A DNA stretch of 62,794 nt, the filler included, from an uncultured Synergistales bacterium (GTDB taxonomy: Bacteria; Synergistota; Synergistia; Synergistales; Aminobacteriaceae): NCBI GenBank assembly GCA_937897575.1. It is 7 parts of 7 records of this genome, joined end to end, with 100 filler letters (N's around TTAATTAATTAA, not from the genome) between each part and the next. Parts side by side here need not be neighbours in the genome. Positions count along the whole stretch, not along the records: positions 49,600 to 57,085 come from CALCQG010000008.1; positions 57,186 to 62,794 come from CALCQG010000009.1; 5 more parts are not named here. One strand, written 5' to 3'. Position numbers and translations under genes: made by a program. The notes beneath the pieces are model-generated. The model saw nothing but the letters and a program-made list of their open reading frames with translations, did not search any database and was not told the DNA's origin. This document shows, one piece after another, positions 50,468 to 60,080 of the stretch; position 1 is the stretch's first letter; the number at the start of each line of letters is the position of its first letter.

Positions 50468-52078
50468 CTACCCGTGCAGCTTGGCGATGTCCTGGGCGAT
50501 GAAGCTCAGGTTGTGGGCGTGGTCGCAGACCCGTTCCAGATTGCTGACGATGTCGATGTAGACGACGCCGCCCATGGGGGAACAGTCGCCCTTGTTCAGC
50601 CGATGGATGTGGTTCTTCCTGATGTCTTTCTCCATGCGGTCCACCTCCGCCTCGATCTTGTCCACGGCGAAGGCCTTCGCCAGGTCTTCGTCCCGGATGG
50701 ACTCGAGGCTCAGCCGGACGGCCCCGTCCACGGCGTCGAACATACGCAGAAATTCATTCGTTGCCACCTCGGAGAACTCGATGCAGTGGTCGATCTTGTA
50801 CTCGTACATCTCCATGAGGTTCGTGGCATGGTCCCCTATTCGTTCGACATCCCCCACGCCGTTCACGTAGGACCCGAGGACTGTGGAGAGCTCGCTGGAG
50901 AGCCCCCTCTGCCATATCTCCGAGGCATAGGACGAGATGCTTCTGTTGATCTCGTTCACGGCCTTCTCCGTCTGCTCCACCTCGTCGATCATCTTCGAGT
51001 CGCTCTCGACGAAGGCCTTCCGAACGAACCGGAGCATGGACATGGCAAGATCGCCCATGTGCAGGATCTCCAGCTTGACGGCGTCCACCGCCGCGGCGGG
51101 CGACGCGTCGAGCAGCTTGTGGTCGAGGTACATGGGGCCGATGGTGAGCCCCGACTCCTTGCTGGGGACGATCTTCCGGATGAGCCAGGCGTAGGGTTTG
51201 ACAAAGGGGATGAAGAGCAGGGTGTTCGTAACGTTGAAGATGGTATGGGCGTTGGCGATCTGTCGGCCGATGTCGTTCGACGTGGCGCTCACGATCCTGA
51301 AGTACAGCGGAAAGGCGGAGAGGAAGATGAAGGCCCCGATGACGTTGAAGAAGACGTGGGCGGCGGCGGCCTGTTTCGCGGACCGGTTGGACCCCAGAGA
51401 CGCCAGGACGGCGGTGATGGTGGTGCCGATATTGTCGCCGAGGAGGATGGGCAGGGCGGCCTCGAGGCCGAGCAGCCCCTGGGAGGCGAGCGCCATGGTC
51501 AGACCGATGGTGGCGGAGCTCGCCTGGACGATCATGGTGACCACGGTTCCGGCGAGAAGGCCCAGCAAGGGGTTCCGGCTGAAGGCGACGAAGATCTCCT
51601 TCTGGTCATTCAAAAAGGAGACGGAGGCCTCCATGGTCTGCATGCCGAGGAAGAGGAGACCGAAGCCCACCAGTCCGTTGCCCAGGTATCGCTGGCGCTT
51701 GGACGTCCCGAGAAAGACGAAGAGGACGCCGAGGCCGAGGACGGGCAGCGCGAAGTTCTTGATCTTGAAGGCCACGATCTGGGCCGTGATCGTCGTCCCG
51801 ATGTTGGCCCCCATGATGACGCCGATGGCCTGTTCCAAGCTCATGAGCCCGGCGTGGACGAAGCTGACCGTCATGACCGTAGTTCCGCTGCTGCTCTGGA
51901 TGAGCATCGCCACGACGGCTCCGATGATGACGCCGCGCACGGGGGTCTTCGTCAGAGAGCCTATGAGCTGCCGCATCCTGTCGCCTGCGGCGAACTGCAG
52001 CGCCTCGCTCATAAGCTTTATCCCGTAGAGGAAGAGCCCCACTCCTCCGAGCACCTGAAAAACTGCACCCCACTCCAT
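50468..52078 (-). CDS. Na/Pi cotransporter family protein with C-terminal PhoU domains
   Basis: IQSSS, GANIGTT, VQASSA, GDNIGTT, ERIGDHA, ERVCDHA. Confidence 0.95.
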   Translation of the reverse strand: MEWGAVFQVLGGVGLFLYGIKLMSEALQFAAGDRMRQLIGSLTKTPVRGVIIGAVVAMLIQSSSGTTVMTVSFVHAGLMSLEQAIGVIMGANIGTTITAQIVAFKIKNFALPVLGLGVLFVFLGTSKRQRYLGNGLVGFGLLFLGMQTMEASVSFLNDQKEIFVAFSRNPLLGLLAGTVVTMIVQASSATIGLTMALASQGLLGLEAALPILLGDNIGTTITAVLASLGSNRSAKQAAAAHVFFNVIGAFIFLSAFPLYFRIVSATSNDIGRQIANAHTIFNVTNTLLFIPFVKPYAWLIRKIVPSKESGLTIGPMYLDHKLLDASPAAAVDAVKLEILHMGDLAMSMLRFVRKAFVESDSKMIDEVEQTEKAVNEINRSISSYASEIWQRGLSSELSTVLGSYVNGVGDVERIGDHATNLMEMYEYKIDHCIEFSEVATNEFLRMFDAVDGAVRLSLESIRDEDLAKAFAVDKIEAEVDRMEKDIRKNHIHRLNKGDCSPMGGVVYIDIVSNLERVCDHAHNLSFIAQDIAKLHG

Positions 52079-52235
52079 GCAGTACCCCCCTGACTGTCCG
52101 TCGTTTCGCTTCCTTTACATTGTCGAAACAAACGTAGCCAGAGTACACCATAAGGGACTTTCCTGCAACCGGAACGTCTGTTCCGCCACCGCCGGTCGCT
52201 CCCCTGCGATGCCACCTTTCTCCGCCCGTCGGCCC

Positions 52236-52529
52236 TCAGCGAGCCCCTTCGTCCTCTCCCCCACCGCTCGGTTCGCTCTCCCCAGCGGACCGCAGGTCAT
52301 ACAGGACAAGCAACGCGCTTTCAGAGGCCAAGGCCTTCCTCATGAAGACCGCCACGGCCTCGAAGGGCAGCCCTTCGTCGGCCACCCTGGCCGTCACCTC
52401 GTCCCCGACCCGTTTCATCAGGGCGTCCCGTCTCTTGCGGGAGAGCCCCTCGTCCACCGGGGGCAGGCGGTACACCTCCCGCGCCCCCGGGGGCACCTCA
52501 TCGCCGCTTCGCACAAGAAACTCAGCCAT
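52236..52529 (-). CDS. Hypothetical protein (97 aa)
   Basis: GAGGAG RBS and ATG; fills the intergenic space; no recognised motif. Confidence 0.6.
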   Translation of the reverse strand: MAEFLVRSGDEVPPGAREVYRLPPVDEGLSRKRRDALMKRVGDEVTARVADEGLPFEAVAVFMRKALASESALLVLYDLRSAGESEPSGGGEDEGAR

Positions 52530-52611
52530 AGCGTCGGCTCCTCTCAGTCATATCGTCGAGTATGATACTATGTCCCTGGAGCAGTGCATTTTTGTCTTGG
52601 GAGGAAGCCCC

Positions 52612-54195
52612 CTGAATACTTTTCAGTTCTACCCCTGGCAGAAGAAGGCCTACCGCGCCATCAGCGGGAAGAACGCCGTCCTCTCCGCCCCCACGGGCTC
52701 GGGGAAGACCCTTGTCGCCTACCTGTGGGCCGGGATCCTGGGCGACGACGGCAACGTGCTCTTCCCCGACTGCAACCGCATCATCTTCACCGCCCCCATC
52801 AAGGCCCTGAGCAACGAGCGGTACCTCGACATCCGGAAGCTCGGCCTCGATGTGGGCATCGAGACGGGCGACTTCAAGAAGAACGAAGGGGCGCGGATCA
52901 TCTGCTGCACCCAGGAGATCTACTCCCTCAAGTACGCCCACGTGCCGGGGCAGAAGCTCATCGTGGACGAGTTCCACTACATCTTCGACGATCCGGACAG
53001 AGCCCGCGCCTACATCGACGGCATCCGGACCACCGACCCCACCACGAACATCCTCGTCATGTCCGCCACCCTCGGCGGAGCGTCGTCGGTGGCGAAGTAC
53101 CTTGAGATGGTGACGGAGCGCCCCTTCCTGCTCTACGAGAGCACGCGGCGCGAGACGGAGCTCATCTTCACCCCGAACAAGGGCGCCCACGTGGACAAAC
53201 TGAAGGATGCCCTCGTCTTCCTCTTCTCTCAGAAGGGGGCCGTGGAGCTCGCCTTCATGGCGGCGAAGAACAGAAAGCGCGTCTCCGCTGAAGGGCGGGA
53301 CCGTCTGTCGGAGCTCGCCGCGATCCTGGAGGTCCGGAAGATCGCGTCGCCGCTGTTCAAAGGCGTGGGCATCTACCACGGCGGCATGTTGCCCAAGGAG
53401 AAGCTGCTGGTGGAGGCGGCCTTCCGCGAGCGGATCCTGGACGTGGTCTGCGGCACGAACGCCCTCGCCCTGGGCGTGAATCTTCCCGCCGAGAAGGTGG
53501 TCTTCGCCCAGCTCGTCCACTACCACTCCGACCAGCCCATATCGAAGAACGAGTTCTCCCAGATGGCCGGCCGCGCCGGACGCAAGGGGCTCTTCGACCC
53601 CGGCTACGTCACGTGGCTCGCCAAATCGCCCTTTGAGAAGAGGGGCTTCTCCACGAAGGAGGTCTTCGCCGAGCTCGTGGCGGCGGAGAGCGAACCGGCC
53701 GCCGTGACGCTGCGGCCCTCCTACGGTCATCTCCTCCGGCTGGAGGTCCACCCCGAGGAGGAGGCGGAGTACATCGCCCGCTACTCCTGGCCGCCGGCGG
53801 ACCCCTACCTGACGGAGACCATCATCCGGTCCGGGCTGCACAAGATCGACCGCGCCATCAAGAAGATGACCGTCGGCGGGGAGCGGAAGAAGTACCGCAA
53901 GGTCCTGGCGGCCCTCTGGTACGACGAGATGGATATCGACGAGAATATCGAGATGGCCTTCCTCTTCCACCTGGAGGGGACGCCGAGCGCCATGACGGCG
54001 GCCCAGGTCATCCTCCCCTACGAGCGGAACTACCTTCAGGCCCTCCTCAAGGTCAAGCGGTTCGAGAACCGCCTGCCGAGGGGCTACTCCTTCCGCTGTC
54101 TGAGCGAACTGAACAGGGCCGTGGACGAGATCGACCCCACGATCTACGGGTTCGAGGAGAAAATCAACGAGATAGAGGACTCCCTTCCGTCCTGA
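52612..54195 (+). CDS. Short SF2 Ski2-like DExH helicase (probable CTG start; alternative ATG 52570)
   Basis: WQ Q-motif, APTGSGKT, PIKALSNE, DEFH, MSAT, YHGGM, LALGVNLPA, QMAGRAGRKG. Confidence 0.92.
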   Translation: MNTFQFYPWQKKAYRAISGKNAVLSAPTGSGKTLVAYLWAGILGDDGNVLFPDCNRIIFTAPIKALSNERYLDIRKLGLDVGIETGDFKKNEGARIICCTQEIYSLKYAHVPGQKLIVDEFHYIFDDPDRARAYIDGIRTTDPTTNILVMSATLGGASSVAKYLEMVTERPFLLYESTRRETELIFTPNKGAHVDKLKDALVFLFSQKGAVELAFMAAKNRKRVSAEGRDRLSELAAILEVRKIASPLFKGVGIYHGGMLPKEKLLVEAAFRERILDVVCGTNALALGVNLPAEKVVFAQLVHYHSDQPISKNEFSQMAGRAGRKGLFDPGYVTWLAKSPFEKRGFSTKEVFAELVAAESEPAAVTLRPSYGHLLRLEVHPEEEAEYIARYSWPPADPYLTETIIRSGLHKIDRAIKKMTVGGERKKYRKVLAALWYDEMDIDENIEMAFLFHLEGTPSAMTAAQVILPYERNYLQALLKVKRFENRLPRGYSFRCLSELNRAVDEIDPTIYGFEEKINEIEDSLPS

Positions 54196-55336
54196 CCGCC
54201 CCATCGGCATGTTCCGCCATAGCGCCGCCGTGGGGGCGGTGCTCCCCCAGAACTCTGTCGATCACCGTGTTGGCCGCGTTGGGCAGGGCGATGGACGAGG
54301 CCGCCTCCTCCATGGCCGCCAGACGCTTTCTGTCGGCGTGGAAGAGCGAGACCATATCCCGAACGGCCCCGGCGTTCCGGGCGAGGATGCCGGCCCCGTT
54401 CTCCTCGAGGTAGACGGCGTTGTTCACCTCCTGCTTCGGGATGGGGTTCACGAGGATCATGGGGACGGAGGCGCAGAGCGCCTCGCTGACCGTCAGCCCC
54501 CCCGGCTTCGTGATGAGCAGCGAGGACCGGGCCATGAGTTCGTCCAGATTGTGCACGAACCCCAGCACATTCAGGGACAGATTTTCCGAGAGGGTCAGGG
54601 ATTCGATGTCGGCGATGAGGTCCCTGTTCCGCCCCGTGACCACGGTGATATCCAGGGGCAGCCCCGTTGCGGAGAGCTTTCTGAGGATGCCGACGGCCAT
54701 GGAGTTCGACACGCTGCTGCTGATGAAGAGGACGGAGAGCCTCTCCGCCGAGAAGTCCCGCTTCGTGGGCCAGATACGGGAGTACTTCGAGAGCACGGGG
54801 ATGCCCGACAAGACGATCCGGTCCCCCCGGACGCCCAGGGACAGAAGTTCGTTCCGCACGGCGTCGTTCGGGACGAAGTAGCAGTCCACGTGGTCGTTCA
54901 CCCACATGCGATGCAGGCCGTAGTCCGTGACCAGCGAGTAGAGCTTTCCGCCGTAGAGCCCCTGCCCCTTCATGCGGGACAGGACGTTCAGCGGAAAGAA
55001 GTGGGTGCAGATGCACTCCTCCGGGGCGTTCTCCGACACGTAGCGCATGAACTTCTTCACGTTCTCGACGGAGACCTTTTCGTAGAGGCGAAGGACGGCG
55101 CTCTCGCGCTTGTCCTTGTTCGTGAGGTCGTACATGATGCGGCACGCCAGATGGGCGTGCTCACTTACGAAGGCGTAGACGTCGCTGTAGGACCACTTGA
55201 AGAGATCGCTCGAAAAATCGAGCAGGTCCATGATGACGTTGGGGACGTGGCGCATGTCCAAGGACTCCCTCAGAGCCTTTGCCGCCATCCGGTGGCCGTT
55301 TCCGGCGGTGACGTACACTATGTGAACGGGGCGCAT
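54164..55336 (-). CDS. MGDG synthase/UgtP-like diacylglycerol glycosyltransferase (GT28)
   Basis: AGNGH, ICTHF, VTDY..H..W, GIPV, ITKPGGLTVSEA, PIPKQEVNNA. Confidence 0.9.
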   Translation of the reverse strand: MRPVHIVYVTAGNGHRMAAKALRESLDMRHVPNVIMDLLDFSSDLFKWSYSDVYAFVSEHAHLACRIMYDLTNKDKRESAVLRLYEKVSVENVKKFMRYVSENAPEECICTHFFPLNVLSRMKGQGLYGGKLYSLVTDYGLHRMWVNDHVDCYFVPNDAVRNELLSLGVRGDRIVLSGIPVLSKYSRIWPTKRDFSAERLSVLFISSSVSNSMAVGILRKLSATGLPLDITVVTGRNRDLIADIESLTLSENLSLNVLGFVHNLDELMARSSLLITKPGGLTVSEALCASVPMILVNPIPKQEVNNAVYLEENGAGILARNAGAVRDMVSLFHADRKRLAAMEEAASSIALPNAANTVIDRVLGEHRPHGGAMAEHADGAVRTEGSPLSR

Positions 55337-55422
55337 ACCCTTCCCTCCCGGGGCACGATAAATTTTCCCGCAGCCCGCCGCGGGTGCCTCTATTGTACCC
55401 CAAGGAGGGGGGTACGGGGGGA

Positions 55423-56685
55423 TCACTCTACAACAGGCAGCACGATCCCTCCCTGAGGGATGACGTAGGACGTGAAGTCCTCGCCGTACTTCTTCCTGAG
55501 CTTCGTCAGGATCTCTTCGAAGTCCTCCACCTTCTCGCAGAACATGAGCCGGCTGTCCTCCGCCCCCGACCTGGACCAGAGCATGACGGAGCACTCCTTC
55601 GCCAGAGAGGCGAGGTAGAAGACTTTGTGGGCCCCGAAGCGGAAGTCCGCGTTGAAGGCCGCGATGGCACCGTCGGGCCCCAGGTCCCGTTTCGCCCACT
55701 CCTCGAAGACCGGGTGGCCGTAGCCCTCGGCCAGTTCGGCGAAGAAGACGATGGTGCCTCCGGGCCGGACGGCCCGCGAGCCCATGTAGAGGGCCTTGTG
55801 GGCCTGGTACATGTTGATGTCCTTCGGAAAACCGCCGGCGGAGAGAAAGACCACGTCCGCCTGCTTCGCTATGGGGGCGAAGTTGTACTTCCGGAAGGTG
55901 GCGATGCCCTCCCGCCAGGCGTCGTAGAAGTGGCCGCCGACGATGCGGACGATGTGCTTCGCGCTGTCCGAGACGCAGTTCAGGATGAAGTGGAGCGGGC
56001 AGAGATCTCGCACGGCCTCCACCATCTCGTCGCTCAGGACGTTGCCGTCCACGACGCCGATCCCGACGCCCGGAGCGGTCATCATCCGGTGGTTCGCCAT
56101 GACCGTCTCCTTGCCCGCCACGCCGGGGAACACGCTCTTCCGCCCTCCGGCGAAGCCCGCGTAGTAGTGGAGCAGGACCTCGCCGATCGCGATCCGGAGG
56201 TCCGCCTCGGCCACGGTCCTGTTTACGAGAAAGTGATTGCCCGTGGAGAGGGCTCCGAGGTCCACGAGGTCTTCCGCCTCGCAGTCGTGGTTCTCAACCC
56301 GGTACTTCTCGAAGACGGCCGACCCCACCGTTTCCCTCGTCTCGTCGTCGGACATGGGGCGGTGGGTGCCCGTCGCCACGACGACCGTCGTCCCGTCGAC
56401 GGGGACGCCCAGACGCTCGAGCTCCTCGAGGACCGGGGGCAGCATCTCGGCGCTGGGTGTGGACCGGGTCATGTCGTTCACGATGATGACGGCCCTCTTC
56501 GGCCTCATCTCCCGCACGATCTTCTCCAGGGACGGGCCCGCCGTGGGCGTCTTCAGCAACCGGGCCGACTCCGCCGCCAGGTCGGCGACAGGTTCGCCCC
56601 CCTTCGGCTCGAGCACCGCCAGAACGTTCCTATCGGGGATGGAGAGCGTCAGCTCCTCTCTGCCCCAGCGCATCCTCGTCTCCAT
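55423..56685 (-). CDS. larA: LarA family nickel-pincer racemase/epimerase (copy 2)
   Basis: NDMTR, ATGTHR, HYYAGFAGGRKS, ANH, GGFPKDINMYQAHK, GAHK. Confidence 0.93.
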   Translation of the reverse strand: METRMRWGREELTLSIPDRNVLAVLEPKGGEPVADLAAESARLLKTPTAGPSLEKIVREMRPKRAVIIVNDMTRSTPSAEMLPPVLEELERLGVPVDGTTVVVATGTHRPMSDDETRETVGSAVFEKYRVENHDCEAEDLVDLGALSTGNHFLVNRTVAEADLRIAIGEVLLHYYAGFAGGRKSVFPGVAGKETVMANHRMMTAPGVGIGVVDGNVLSDEMVEAVRDLCPLHFILNCVSDSAKHIVRIVGGHFYDAWREGIATFRKYNFAPIAKQADVVFLSAGGFPKDINMYQAHKALYMGSRAVRPGGTIVFFAELAEGYGHPVFEEWAKRDLGPDGAIAAFNADFRFGAHKVFYLASLAKECSVMLWSRSGAEDSRLMFCEKVEDFEEILTKLRKKYGEDFTSYVIPQGGIVLPVVE

Positions 56686-56710
56686 GACGGGACACCTCCT
56701 TTTTCGTCTC

Positions 56711-57085
56711 CTATACGGCGACGCCCTCTTTCATCGACGCCTTCTGCCACAGGTACACCGATCCGGCAAGGACGACCCCCATGATATCCGTCGTGAGGCC
56801 CGGGAAGATCAGGAGGATGGAGCCGACGAACATCATCGCCCGCTGCAGGAGGTTCATGGGCCGCAGGAAGTAGTTCTGCAGCGCCGCGGCGAGGATGAGC
56901 ACTCCGACGAAGCTCGTCGCGGTGCTCACGATCCTCGAGAGGGTGGTTCCCCCGACGAGGAGCAGTTCAGGGTTGTTGACGAAGGTAAAGGGGATCAGGA
57001 AGCCCGCAAGGGAGATACGGAAGCCCGTCCACCCGACCTTCGACGGGTTCTGGCCCGACAGTCCCGCGGCCCCGTAGGATGCGAT
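56711..57085 (-). CDS. TRAP fused 4TM/12TM permease, C-terminal fragment
   Basis: ASYGAAGLSG.NPSKVGWTGFRISLAGFLIPF...NPELL, parallel to the 36951 permease C-terminus. Confidence 0.85.
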   Translation of the reverse strand: MASYGAAGLSGQNPSKVGWTGFRISLAGFLIPFTFVNNPELLLVGGTTLSRIVSTATSFVGVLILAAALQNYFLRPMNLLQRAMMFVGSILLIFPGLTTDIMGVVLAGSVYLWQKASMKEGVAV

Positions 57086-57185
57086 NNNNNNNNNNNNNNN
57101 NNNNNNNNNNNNNNNNNNNNNNNNNNNNNTTAATTAATTAANNNNNNNNNNNNNNNNNNNNNNNNNNNNNNNNNNNNNNNNNNNN

Positions 57186-57662
57186 CAGTTCGTCCTCAAA
57201 GGGCTCCGTGCCTCGAAGACCTACGGGCTCCCCGGGCTCCGGCTCGGCTGGCTCTCGTCGGCGGACCGCGGGGTCATCGACCGGGTCCTTGCCCTGAAGG
57301 ACTACACCACCATCTGCACCCCCGCCCCTTCGGAGATTTTGGCTATCGCCGCCCTCAGACGTGCGGAGGAGATCGGGGAGCGCAACCGGTCCATCGTGCG
57401 GGCGAACCTCTCCCTCGCCAGCGACTTTTTCACGAGGAGAGGGAGCATGTTCCAGTGGTTCGAGCCATTGGGCGGATCAACGGCTTTTCCGAGGCTGATC
57501 GGCGATCGGGCGGAGGACTTCTGCGAGCGCACCGTCCGAGATCATGGGCTCATGATCGTGCCCGACAGGGTCTTCGACGTGGATTGGAATCACTTTCGGG
57601 TGGGCATGGGGCGCAAGAACTTCCCCGAGGCTCTCGCCATCCTGGAGAAGATCGTCGGCTGA
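57186..57662 (+). CDS. Class I/II PLP aminotransferase, C-terminal fragment
   Basis: SKTYGLPGLRLGW, KDYTTIC, HFRVGMG. Confidence 0.88.
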   Translation, partial: QFVLKGLRASKTYGLPGLRLGWLSSADRGVIDRVLALKDYTTICTPAPSEILAIAALRRAEEIGERNRSIVRANLSLASDFFTRRGSMFQWFEPLGGSTAFPRLIGDRAEDFCERTVRDHGLMIVPDRVFDVDWNHFRVGMGRKNFPEALAILEKIVG

Positions 57663-57673
57663 GAGGGGAGGGG

Positions 57674-58434
57674 TCAGTCCTCCCCCGGGGCGGTCCCCGC
57701 CTCCGCGGTGAAGAAGTTGGACGCCGAGGCGACACGCCCCATATCCACAAGCACCTCGATGGTGCGCTGCAGGTGCACCTCCGAGGCGCGCCTGGCCTCC
57801 CCGGAATCGCCCCTTGCTATGGCGGCCACGATGGTCCGATGCTGTTCCAGGGTCTCCGTCGTCTTCTCGGGGCGGGAGGAATCGAGGACATCCATCCGCA
57901 TGGCCGATATCCCCGTCTTCGTCATGTCCAGCAGCGTCTCGTACATGCGCGAGAGCAGCGCGTTGCGCGCCGCGGCGACGATGGTGCCGTGAAGGGCCAC
58001 GTTCCAGTAGGCCCCGAGGTCCGCCTTCTCCGGGCCGCCGGCCCGTTCGACGGACTCGAGCTCGTCGATACAGCGTTTCAGCCTGGCCATATCCCGATCC
58101 GTCCTGCGGACGGCCGCAATGGCCGCCGCCGGCGGATCCAGCAGCTGACGGATCTCCATGACCTGGGAGAGGACGTCCATGGGCCAGACCTTTGCCTGAC
58201 CCAGGGCGATGTTCATCCGCTCCGCGTCGTCCTGGGCCAGGTAGACGCCCTGCCGGTCCCGGATATCCAGGATGCCCAGGGCCTCCAGGGCGATCTCAGC
58301 CTCCCGGAGGGCCGGCTCGCGCCGAGCATTTCGGCGAGCTCCCGCTCGGGGGGAAGTTTGCCGCCGACGAGCGCGTCGCCCCGTGATACGAGCTCCGCGA
58401 GCCGCTCGATCAGTTTTTTCCTCGACTCGTTCAT
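57674..58434 (-). pseudogene. FadR-subfamily GntR regulator with frameshift near 58310 (or assembly error)
   Basis: KLPPERELAEMLGASRP in one frame continues as ALREA..ALEALG...G plus FCD domain (LH..I..AARN, EQH..I) in another. Confidence 0.88.
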
Positions 58435-58514
58435 GATGTTCACCTCTCCGGCGTGCTCTCACTAAAATATTGAGCATTATTCGATGATTCCCCTTGTTTT
58501 TAATTGCCCTTCCA

Positions 58515-58558
58515 TGATACTATACGCTCATCCTGATTGGAAGACCTTGGTCTACCAG
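58515..58558 (+). promoter_or_regulatory. Extended -10 promoter and tandem FadR-type operator
   Basis: TGATACTAT (58515) followed by TGGAAGACCT and TGGTCTACCA (TGGT-N2-ACCA palindrome, 58548-58557). Confidence 0.6.
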
Positions 58559-58592
58559 ATTGCATCCCTGAGTTGCGGAGAGGTGGTATGCG

Positions 58593-60080
58593 ATGGTCCG
58601 GATGTACGACGTTCTTGTTGTGGGGGGCGGCGTCGTGGGGTGCTCGGTAGCCCGCGAACTGTCCCGGTTCTCGCTGCGCACGGCGGTGCTCGAGAAGGAA
58701 CTGGACGTTGGATTGGGCACGAGCTGCAGGAACAGCGGCGTGCTCCACGCGGGGTTCAACTATGCCCCCGGCTCCACGCGAGCCCTTCTCGACGTGCAGG
58801 GCAACAGGATGATGGACGATCTGTGCCGGGATCTGAAGGTGAAGATCAAGCGAATCGGCAAGCTGACCGTCGCCTTCGACGACGAAGAGGTCGCCGAGCT
58901 GCATCGGCTGAAGGAACAGGGCGAGGTCAACGGCGTTCCGGGGCTCGAACTCGTCGGCCACGATCGGATGCAGACGATCCAGCACGGCGTGGAGGGCGTC
59001 CTGGCCCTCTACTCGCCCTCAAGCTCCATCATCTCGCCCTACGGCCTCACCATCGGACTTGCGGAGAACGCTCTGGCAAACGGGGCGCACTTCCACCTCG
59101 GACAGAGGGTCACGTCCATAGCGTCGCAGGAGAGGGGAGGGTGGGCCGTCACGACGGCCTCGGGCGACCGGTTCTCGGCCGCCGTGCTGGTGAACGCCGC
59201 CGGCCTCTTCGCCGCGGACGTCTGCCGGATGGCCGGGATCACCGAGCACGAGATATACCCCTGCCGGGGCGAGTACTACGTCCTGGACAGGCGCCTCGAC
59301 GGGATCGTGAAGACCCTCGTCTACCCCGTTCCGAAGAAGAACTCCCCCGGTCTCGGTATCCACCTGACCCCCACGGTGGACGGCAACCTGCTCGTCGGAC
59401 CGAGCGCCGAGTACCTGGACGACCCCGAGGACTGCGCATGCTCCAGGGACGTCATGAAAGACCTGCGCCGGGAGGCTCATCACCTGATGCCCGAGATCCA
59501 CGTGACGGATTATATCCGCAGCTTCTCCGGCATCCGCGCGAAGCAGACACCGCCCTCCGTAGGAGGAAACAAGGACTTCGTCGTCGAGGACCGGAAGGAC
59601 GTCAAGGGGTTCATCAACCTCCTCGGGATCGAGAGCCCCGGGCTCACGTCCGCTCCGGCCATTGCGGCGATGGTGCGCGCAATGGTGGAACACCATCTGC
59701 CTTTGGCCCCGAACCCGACCTTCAACCCCGTCCGTCCCGGGTCCGCCCTCCTCTTCTCCGACCGACCGGCGGAGGAGCGGGCGGACCTCATCGCCCAAAA
59801 CCCCGACTACGGCGAGATCATCTGCCGGTGCGAGAAGATCACGAAGCAGGAGATCATCGACGCGGTCCGCAATCCACTGGGAGCCAGGACCATGGTGAGC
59901 ATCAAGTACCGGGCCCGGGCCTCCATGGGGCGGTGTCAGGGCGGGTTCTGCATCCCGCGCATCGTGCGGATCCTGCGGAACGAGTTCGGGTGGAGCACGG
60001 CGGATTTCCTGAAGAGAAGCACGTCGTCGCCGCTCTTTGTGGGCACCGTTCGCCCCGGAGGGGAGGGGACGGAGCGATGA
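58593..60080 (+). CDS. FAD-dependent oxidoreductase (GlpA/LhgO-like) with C-terminal BFD-like [2Fe-2S] domain
   Basis: VVGGGVVG, TSCRNSGVLHAG, GIESPGLTSAPA, ICRCE...MGRCQGGFC. Confidence 0.92.
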   Translation: MVRMYDVLVVGGGVVGCSVARELSRFSLRTAVLEKELDVGLGTSCRNSGVLHAGFNYAPGSTRALLDVQGNRMMDDLCRDLKVKIKRIGKLTVAFDDEEVAELHRLKEQGEVNGVPGLELVGHDRMQTIQHGVEGVLALYSPSSSIISPYGLTIGLAENALANGAHFHLGQRVTSIASQERGGWAVTTASGDRFSAAVLVNAAGLFAADVCRMAGITEHEIYPCRGEYYVLDRRLDGIVKTLVYPVPKKNSPGLGIHLTPTVDGNLLVGPSAEYLDDPEDCACSRDVMKDLRREAHHLMPEIHVTDYIRSFSGIRAKQTPPSVGGNKDFVVEDRKDVKGFINLLGIESPGLTSAPAIAAMVRAMVEHHLPLAPNPTFNPVRPGSALLFSDRPAEERADLIAQNPDYGEIICRCEKITKQEIIDAVRNPLGARTMVSIKYRARASMGRCQGGFCIPRIVRILRNEFGWSTADFLKRSTSSPLFVGTVRPGGEGTER

